A DNA stretch of 64,000 bases from Cenarchaeum sp. (GTDB taxonomy: Archaea; Thermoproteota; Nitrososphaeria; Nitrososphaerales; Nitrosopumilaceae): contig CBDESU010000002.1 of assembly GCA_965242695.1 (NCBI GenBank), positions 64,001-128,000 on the forward strand, in the 5' to 3' direction. This document shows positions 58,214 through 64,000 of this stretch, piece after piece. A model generated the notes under the pieces. That model saw only the letters and a program-made list of their open reading frames with translations, was not told the DNA's origin and searched no databases. Position 1 is the stretch's first letter. Every line of letters begins with the position of its first letter. A program made the translations under genes and the position numbers.

Positions 58214-59126
58214 CGAGGACCATCTCCTCGACCGCCCTCATGTCGAGGCTTTGCCGCACCGCGCCGGCGAGCCGGTCGATCTCGGCATCGAGCCGGTCGA
58301 CCTCGCGCGGCGTCCACGAGAACGGGTCGCTTGCGGGCGGAGGCGGCCTCTGGCGCGGCATGTAGGGCGGCGGCTGGCGGCTCGCCCCCGCCGCCGCGTT
58401 GCCGGCTCCGACGTCGAGCGAGTCCTCGCCCGGTATGTCCATGTCGATCATTGGGACTACGCCGAGGACGGCGCGCCCCGTGGCCCTCTTCAGCCGCGGG
58501 TACGCCGGCTTGAGCACGGCCGCATCGCCGCGGAACCTGTTGAGGACGAACCCGCGCACGAGCTTTTTGTGGCGCTCGGGCAGCAGCATCATCGTGCCCG
58601 CCAGGCTCGCAAACGAGCCGCCCCTGTCGATGTCGCTGACCAGGATCACCGGGGCCCTCGCCTTTTCGGCCATTGCCATGTTGGCAATGTCGTACCGCTG
58701 CAGGTTTATCTCGGCCGGCGAGCCGGCGCCCTCGAGGATCACGATGTCGCGGCCCGAGGCGAGGCGCCGCAGGGCCGACAGGGCCGCCGCCATGCCGCCG
58801 AGCGGCGCGAACTCGTAGTGGTACTCCTTGTAGTGCATGCGGCGCAGCCGCTTGCCGTTGAGGTAGACCATGCTGTACAGGCCCCCGAGGGGCTTGAGCA
58901 GGACGGGGTTCATGTCGGGCGAGGCGGCCGCGCGGGCCCCGACGGCCTGGACGGCCTGCGCGCGCGAGATGCGAAAGCCCTTGCCCCTGTACGAGAACGA
59001 CGACATGTTCTGCGACTTGAAGGGGGCCACCGAGTACCCCATGTCCGAGAATATCCTGCACAGGGCCGTCACAAGGGTCGTCTTGCCGGCTCCCGACGAC
59101 GTGCCCTGGACCATGAGCGCCATCAT
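58203..59126 (-). CDS. cobQ: Cobyric acid synthase, short form (synthetase domain only)
   Basis: QGTSSGAGKT, PFKSQNMS, MNPVLLKP, EGAGSPAEINL and DIDRGG. Confidence 0.9.
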   Translation of the reverse strand: MMALMVQGTSSGAGKTTLVTALCRIFSDMGYSVAPFKSQNMSSFSYRGKGFRISRAQAVQAVGARAAASPDMNPVLLKPLGGLYSMVYLNGKRLRRMHYKEYHYEFAPLGGMAAALSALRRLASGRDIVILEGAGSPAEINLQRYDIANMAMAEKARAPVILVSDIDRGGSFASLAGTMMLLPERHKKLVRGFVLNRFRGDAAVLKPAYPRLKRATGRAVLGVVPMIDMDIPGEDSLDVGAGNAAAGASRQPPPYMPRQRPPPPASDPFSWTPREVDRLDAEIDRLAGAVRQSLDMRAVEEMVLGGR

Positions 59127-60277
59127 ATGCGCCGCAGCGCCCCGACGAGCCTTTTATTTTCAGCTGCCGTGCGCACGGCGACCCGTATGTGGCGGGCGCT
59201 GCGCCCGCCGCGGGGCCCGAGGCCGCCGAACGACGAGCAGTCGCGCACGAGTACTCCCCGCCCGAGCAGGGCCGAGCGGACGGCGGCGGCCGGCCGCGCG
59301 GTGCGGACGAGCACAAAGTTGGCCCTCGGGCGGCCGACGCACTCGAAGCCCGGCGTGGCGTCGATCTCGCGCACGAGGCGGGACCTCTCGCGCGAGACGA
59401 GGCGCCGGGCCCTCTCGACGTGGCCCGCATGCCGGAGCGCCTCGAGCGCGCCGGCCTGGGCCGGCCCCGAGACGCCCCACGGCAGCCTTATCCGGGAGAG
59501 GATCGCCGCCGCGCGGGCCCCGCACACGGCGTACCCGACGCGCGCGCCGGCGAGCCCGAACGACTTTGTCAGCGAGCGGAGGACGACCATGTGGGGACGG
59601 CGCGGCGCGGCCGGCGCCACGGACCCGGCCGGCGCGGCGCCGGGGCCGTCGGCCAGCTCCACAAAGCACTCGTCGACGAGCAGCATCGCCGACGCGTCGG
59701 CCGCCGCCGAGGCCAGCCCGAGCACCTGCCTGGGCTCCAGGGTCTCGCCCGTCGGGTTGTTCGGAGTGCACACGAACGCGCAGCCGTTCCTCGGAATCGC
59801 CTCGGCGAACCTGTCCAGGTCGGCGGCAAGGTCCATCGATGCAAGGCGGAACGGGGCGGCGCCGGCGAGCCGTGCTGCCGCCTCGTACTCGCCGAACGCA
59901 GGGGCCTGGACAAGGGCGCGCGTCCGGCGCGCGGCGAACGCGCGGCAAAAGTTGTAGATGATCTCGGTCGCGCCGCAGCCGACGACCACGTTCGACGGGG
60001 ACCCGGCCCCGGCGTGCCCCGCAAGGGCCTCGCGCAGCAGCGACGAGTCGGGATCCGGATAGGTGCGGCCGGCGGGGCCGGCCGCGGCCCTTGCCATTGC
60101 GGCGGCCGCGGCAGGCGGCGGGCCGAGCGGCGAGACGTTTGAGCTGAAGTCGAGCAGGGGCGGGGCGGGGCGGGGCGGGCGGCCGCCCCGGGCGGGGCGG
60201 GGCGGGGCGGGCGGGGCCGAGTGCGGCCCGCCGTGCTCGGCCTGCCGGTGCATGGCCACCTCAGGGGGAACGCGCAT
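59123..60277 (-). CDS. cobD: Threonine-phosphate decarboxylase / class I-II aminotransferase
   Basis: HGG, LDFSSNVSPLG, YPDP, PNNPTG and RSLTKSFGLAGARVG, in a cob gene context. Confidence 0.85.
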   Translation of the reverse strand: MRVPPEVAMHRQAEHGGPHSAPPAPPRPARGGRPPRPAPPLLDFSSNVSPLGPPPAAAAAMARAAAGPAGRTYPDPDSSLLREALAGHAGAGSPSNVVVGCGATEIIYNFCRAFAARRTRALVQAPAFGEYEAAARLAGAAPFRLASMDLAADLDRFAEAIPRNGCAFVCTPNNPTGETLEPRQVLGLASAAADASAMLLVDECFVELADGPGAAPAGSVAPAAPRRPHMVVLRSLTKSFGLAGARVGYAVCGARAAAILSRIRLPWGVSGPAQAGALEALRHAGHVERARRLVSRERSRLVREIDATPGFECVGRPRANFVLVRTARPAAAVRSALLGRGVLVRDCSSFGGLGPRGGRSARHIRVAVRTAAENKRLVGALRRI

Positions 60278-60323
60278 GCGCGGGCGGCGGGGGCGGGAGT
60301 TTAGTTTGTTTTGCGGGCAGGGC

Positions 60324-60430
60324 GGGGAGAGGGGCCGGCCATGCGGGTGGACGGCGGCCGACGACGCGCCCAACGTAGAGTACAACGGCACGATGCGGGG
60401 AGAGGGGCCGGCCATGCGGGTGGACGGCGG
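60324..60430. repeat. Intergenic direct repeat (2 x about 35 bp)
   Basis: GGGGAGAGGGGCCGGCCATGCGGGTGGACGGCGG at about 60324 and 60397. Confidence 0.85.
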
Positions 60431-60595
60431 CAGGGGCGGCGCCTCGCCGGCCGGGAGCCGTCCCGCATGTGCGGGGCCCGCATCGGCGCCTCGCTTCGCC
60501 GCTGGCCGGGCTAGCGGCGCGCCCTGGTGCCTGCCGCTAGCGCGCATGCGCGCGCCTGCCAACGAATATTAAATCGGCGCGGCCGTCGTGCCGCA

Positions 60596-61693
60596 ATGGA
60601 AGGGGACGGAGGCGCCAAAAAGAGGGTGGCCATACTTGGCGCCACCGGCGCCGTCGGTCAGGAATTCGTCCAGTCGCTCGAGGGGCATCCGTGGTTCGAG
60701 GTCGCGCAGATCGCCGCGTCCGAGCGCTCGGCCGGCAAGACGTACATCGAGGCGATTCGCGACGAGACGGGCATTGTAAACTGGCAGGTAGGCGGCGAGG
60801 TGCCGGGATACGTCAGGGCCATGACGGTCCGCTCCATCGACGAGGTCGACCCGTCGGGCCTGGACCTGGTCTTTTCGGCCATCGAGTCGGGCGCGGCGCG
60901 CGACATAGAGACCAGGTTTGCCGCGCACCTTCCGGTCATATCGACCAGCTCGGCGTACAGGTACGAGGAGGACGTCCCCATACTCATACCCGGCGTGAAC
61001 GACGAGCAGTCCGATCTGCTCGACCGCCAAAGCTCGAACAGGGGCTGGAAGGGCTGGGTCGCGCCGCTGCCCAACTGCACGACCACAGGCCTGGCCATTA
61101 CGCTAAAGCCGCTGCACGAGAGGTACGGCGTCAAAAAGGTGCTCATGACGTCGATGCAGGCCATATCGGGCGCCGGCAGGGCACCGGGCGTGTCGGCCAT
61201 GAACATTACCGACAACATAATCCCGTTCATCGCAAAGGAAGAGGGCAAGGTGCGCAAGGAGACGCGCAAGATACTCGGCAAGCTCGGCGAGGACGGGCGC
61301 ATCCGCGACGCCGACATAATGGTGAGCGCCACGTGCACCCGCGTGCCCGTAATCGACGGCCACACCGAGGCCGTCTCGATCGAGACCGAGAGGGACGTCG
61401 ACCCCGGCGCGGCCAAGGACGCGTACGGCGAGGCGAACCGGACCGTGTCGGTCGCAGGGCTGCCGTCGGCTCCCGAGTCGTACTATGCCTTCCACGAGGA
61501 CCCCACGCGCCCGCAGCCGCGCCTCGAGAGGGACGTGGGCGGCGGCATGACGACGACCATCGGCCGCGTAGAGAGGGAGGAGATATTCGAAAAGGGGCTA
61601 AAGTACATGCTGTTCTCGCACAACAAGAAGATGGGGTCCGGCAAGGGCGCTGTCCTGCTCGCCGAGATGCTGCTCAAGAGGGCAAAGATATAG
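60596..61693 (+). CDS. asd: Aspartate-semialdehyde dehydrogenase
   Basis: GATGAVGQ, PNCTT, SMQAISGAG and CTRVPVIDGH. Confidence 0.95.
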   Translation: MEGDGGAKKRVAILGATGAVGQEFVQSLEGHPWFEVAQIAASERSAGKTYIEAIRDETGIVNWQVGGEVPGYVRAMTVRSIDEVDPSGLDLVFSAIESGAARDIETRFAAHLPVISTSSAYRYEEDVPILIPGVNDEQSDLLDRQSSNRGWKGWVAPLPNCTTTGLAITLKPLHERYGVKKVLMTSMQAISGAGRAPGVSAMNITDNIIPFIAKEEGKVRKETRKILGKLGEDGRIRDADIMVSATCTRVPVIDGHTEAVSIETERDVDPGAAKDAYGEANRTVSVAGLPSAPESYYAFHEDPTRPQPRLERDVGGGMTTTIGRVEREEIFEKGLKYMLFSHNKKMGSGKGAVLLAEMLLKRAKI

Positions 61694-61805
61694 CCCAGGG
61701 GGCGGTGCCGCCTTTGCGCCGCGGCGGCATGCTGTCCGCCCGTCGGCCGGTGCCAGCCTGGCCTCCTACCGTGCGAAAAAAAAAGGACGGCCGGGATCAG
61801 GCCGC

Positions 61806-62690
61806 CTAGGACAGCTTTTCAAGGATCCTGGTCTGCGTCTCCAGCATGCGCTGGAAGAACACGCGGTTGTCGCTGGACATTGTCTCGATGGACACGGCCA
61901 CGCGGTCAAGCCGGTCTAGGACGCGCGTGTTGCGTTCCTCGGCGTTGGCCTCGGCGCGCTCCGCCCGGGCCTCGGCGCGCTCCGCCCGGGCCTCGGCGTT
62001 GGCCTCGGCGCGCTCCGCCCGGGCCTCGGCGTTGGCCTCGGCGCGCTCCGCCCGGGCCTCGGCGTTGGCCTCGGCGCGCTCCGCCCGGGCCTCGGCGTTG
62101 GCCTCGGCGTTGGCCTCGGCGCGCCTTGCACGGACCTCGGCGCGCCTTGCACGGACCTCGGCGCGCTCCGCCCGGGCCCTTATCACGGCGCGCGTCTTCC
62201 TGCCCTCTTTGCCAAACGCAGTCATGAGGCTCCGGCCGACGTCCATCGTAGTAAGGGACATCACGAATCCTACGCCGCCGGTCAGTATAAAAGCTGTTCC
62301 TAGGCCTATGTGTTCCAGCGCCCCTCGCACGCTCTCGGCGAGCAGGAAGACGCCCGATCCTACCATGGTCACGTAGACGAGGTTCTGGCGGCGTATGAGG
62401 AGCCTGCGGAGCCTGCGGAGCCTAGAGCCGGCGCGCCTCGGCGACGCGGCGTCGGTTGCCTGCGCAGGTGCCTGCGGGTCAGTAGAGAGTGCGGATCCCC
62501 TGCGCCTTGGCGCTGCGGCATCCCGCCTTCCTGCATCGCTCCCGCCCCGGCCTGTCCGGCGCCGGCCGCGGGCGCGCCCCGTCTCTGCGGCATCCCGCCT
62601 TCCTGCATCGCTCCCGCCCCGGCCTGTCCGGCGCCGGCCGCGGGCGCGCCCCGTCTCTGCGGCATCCCTCTTCTTTGCATCTTTTTTCAT
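61806..62690 (-). CDS. Hypothetical membrane protein with repeat-built coiled coil
   Basis: Two hydrophobic segments followed by (ARAERAEANAE)n. The N-terminus has a 23-aa duplication, and TTTTATAA lies about 25 nt upstream of ATG 62690. Confidence 0.65.
   Translation of the reverse strand: MKKDAKKRDAAETGRARGRRRTGRGGSDAGRRDAAETGRARGRRRTGRGGSDAGRRDAAAPRRRGSALSTDPQAPAQATDAASPRRAGSRLRRLRRLLIRRQNLVYVTMVGSGVFLLAESVRGALEHIGLGTAFILTGGVGFVMSLTTMDVGRSLMTAFGKEGRKTRAVIRARAERAEVRARRAEVRARRAEANAEANAEARAERAEANAEARAERAEANAEARAERAEANAEARAERAEARAERAEANAEERNTRVLDRLDRVAVSIETMSSDNRVFFQRMLETQTRILEKLS
61938..62178. repeat. Tandem 21-33 bp repeats encoding AERAEANAE/ARAERAE
   Basis: Repeated GGCCTCGGCGCGCTCCGCCCG and GGCCTCGGCGTT units. 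Confidence 0.92.
62514..62667. repeat. Tandem duplication of about 72 bp
   Basis: TGCGGCATCCCGCCTTCCTGCATCGCTCCCGCCCCGGCCTGTCCGGCGCCGGCCGCGGGCGCGCCCCGTCTC appears twice. Confidence 0.9.
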
Positions 62691-63096
62691 GGCGGGGCGG
62701 TACCGTATTACCTTATAAAACTTGGTATATCCAGCATAGGCATACTGCCCGGCCTCCACCATGGCAGAGCCGCCCCCCCCCCCTCCCGGCCGGCAGGTCG
62801 GCGGCCCGGCGCCGGTGCACCCCCGCACCCTACTCCCCCGTCCGCCCGCCCCGGAGGCTGGCAGGGCGCCCCTGCATCGCCCCCCAACCCCCCCTCCTCC
62901 CCCTTCCCCCGGCCCGCTGGCGCGCAGCCCTGCATGCGCTTGGCAGAGGCGGGAGCGGCACAGTCAATGTCGGGGCTCCCTCCCCTTCCCCCGGCCCGCT
63001 GGCGCGCAGCCCCGCATGCGCTGCCGCCCAGCCGCTGCCGCCCAGCCGCGATCAAGTTATAACGGCGCGCGCCGCCGACGCGGCGGGGCGCGGGAG

Positions 63097-63654
63097 ATGG
63101 CAAGGCGGAACACGAGCGTGCCAAAGGGGGACGGGGCCACGGCAGGGGGCAGGGAGTCCGAGAGGAAGCCGTCCGCCGCGCCGGCCACCCTAGACGACAC
63201 GGACCGCCGCATCATCGCCGAGCTTGCCGCCGACTCGTCCGTGTCCATCCCGAAGATGTCCAAGAGGGTCGGCATAACGGCCAACGCCGCGTACGCGCGC
63301 ATCGAGAAGCTCAGGCGCCGGGGCGTCATACGCAGGTACTCGATCGCCGTCGACGGCAGGCACCTCGGGTACGGCGTAAAGGCCATGCTCGGCGTCAACA
63401 TGGACATAAAGCGGCGCGACGGCGTCATTGACGAGCTCATGGACATACCCGAGGTCGCCGAGGTCGCCGAGGTGACCGGCAGGTTCGACATGCTCGTTAC
63501 GGTGCACGCCCGCTCGCTCGACGACATGCACCGCATCGTGTACGGCAGGGTGGGGCGCATCGCGGGGATACTCTCGTCGGAGAGCTTTCTGCAGATGAGG
63601 TCGCGCGACAAGGCAATGCCATATATGCAGAGCGGGGAAGGGGCCGCGCCGTGA
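63097..63654 (+). CDS. Lrp/AsnC family transcriptional regulator
   Basis: LDDTDRRII, HTH, RIEKL...GVI and EVTGRFD. Confidence 0.93.
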   Translation: MARRNTSVPKGDGATAGGRESERKPSAAPATLDDTDRRIIAELAADSSVSIPKMSKRVGITANAAYARIEKLRRRGVIRRYSIAVDGRHLGYGVKAMLGVNMDIKRRDGVIDELMDIPEVAEVAEVTGRFDMLVTVHARSLDDMHRIVYGRVGRIAGILSSESFLQMRSRDKAMPYMQSGEGAAP

Positions 63655-64000
63655 GCCAGGAGGGGCGCTCTAGGCTGCAGACGAGGGCCGCCGCGTACTA
63701 CGAGCTGAGCAAGCCGAAGATATGGTACCTCTTGGTGTTCACGGCGTTCGGCGCGGCCATCGCAGCCTCGAACGTGTACGGCCTCCCCGTATCGGGCGCC
63801 ACGTGGGCCCTCATGCTAGCCTCGGTGGCGGCCGGCTCTGCCGCGGCCAACGTCCTGACAAACTACCACGACCGCGACATCGACGCCGTAATGGAGCGGA
63901 CGAGGGGCAGGCCCATACCGTCGGGCAGGATCGCGCCGGAGGCGGCGCGCAACTTTGGCATCGCGCTAGCCGCCGCCTCGCTCGCCCTGGCGGCCTCGCT
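63651..64000 (+). CDS. ctaB: Protoheme IX farnesyltransferase (heme o synthase), partial
   Basis: Manual translation gives YYELSKPKIWYLLVFTA...ANVLTNYHDRDIDAVMERTRGRPIPSG. The GTGA start overlaps the Lrp stop. Confidence 0.9.
   Translation, partial: MSQEGRSRLQTRAAAYYELSKPKIWYLLVFTAFGAAIAASNVYGLPVSGATWALMLASVAAGSAAANVLTNYHDRDIDAVMERTRGRPIPSGRIAPEAARNFGIALAAASLALAAS

Overview
This window comes from a very GC-rich archaeal genome, most likely an ammonia-oxidising Nitrososphaerota (Nitrosopumilaceae/Cenarchaeum-like, possibly a symbiont). The evidence is the thermosome, L44e/S27e, Csl4, Dph2, TiaS, MptE, a CFI-box-CTERM surface protein, TATA-box promoters and an archaeal initiator tRNA. The core genes are the his operon, HMG-CoA reductase, guaA/guaB, folP/mptE, pheA, cobalamin late genes, asd, Lrp and ctaB. 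Several accessory, mostly lower-GC, defence-like cassettes sit among them: (i) a DISARM-like drmA-drmB pair followed by an SF2 helicase carrying an inserted PKD/Ig domain; (ii) a Panacea/YwgA-like gene plus a frameshifted RelE-like gene; (iii) an ABC-type ATPase plus small PD-(D/E)xK-like gene inserted in the his operon; (iv) a divergent PIN/RHH pair; (v) an AbiEi/AbiEii-like pair next to the tRNA; and (vi) the most striking, a compact, translationally coupled ubiquitin-like conjugation operon (Ubl-E2 fusion, JAB-E1 fusion, Ig-like-TIR gene split at an A8 run). Also notable are a tRNA-iMet with a BHB-flanked D-loop intron overlapping the tiaS stop, three core genes lacking in-frame canonical starts, and many low-complexity loop expansions. 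All calls were made by eye from motifs; no database searches were run.
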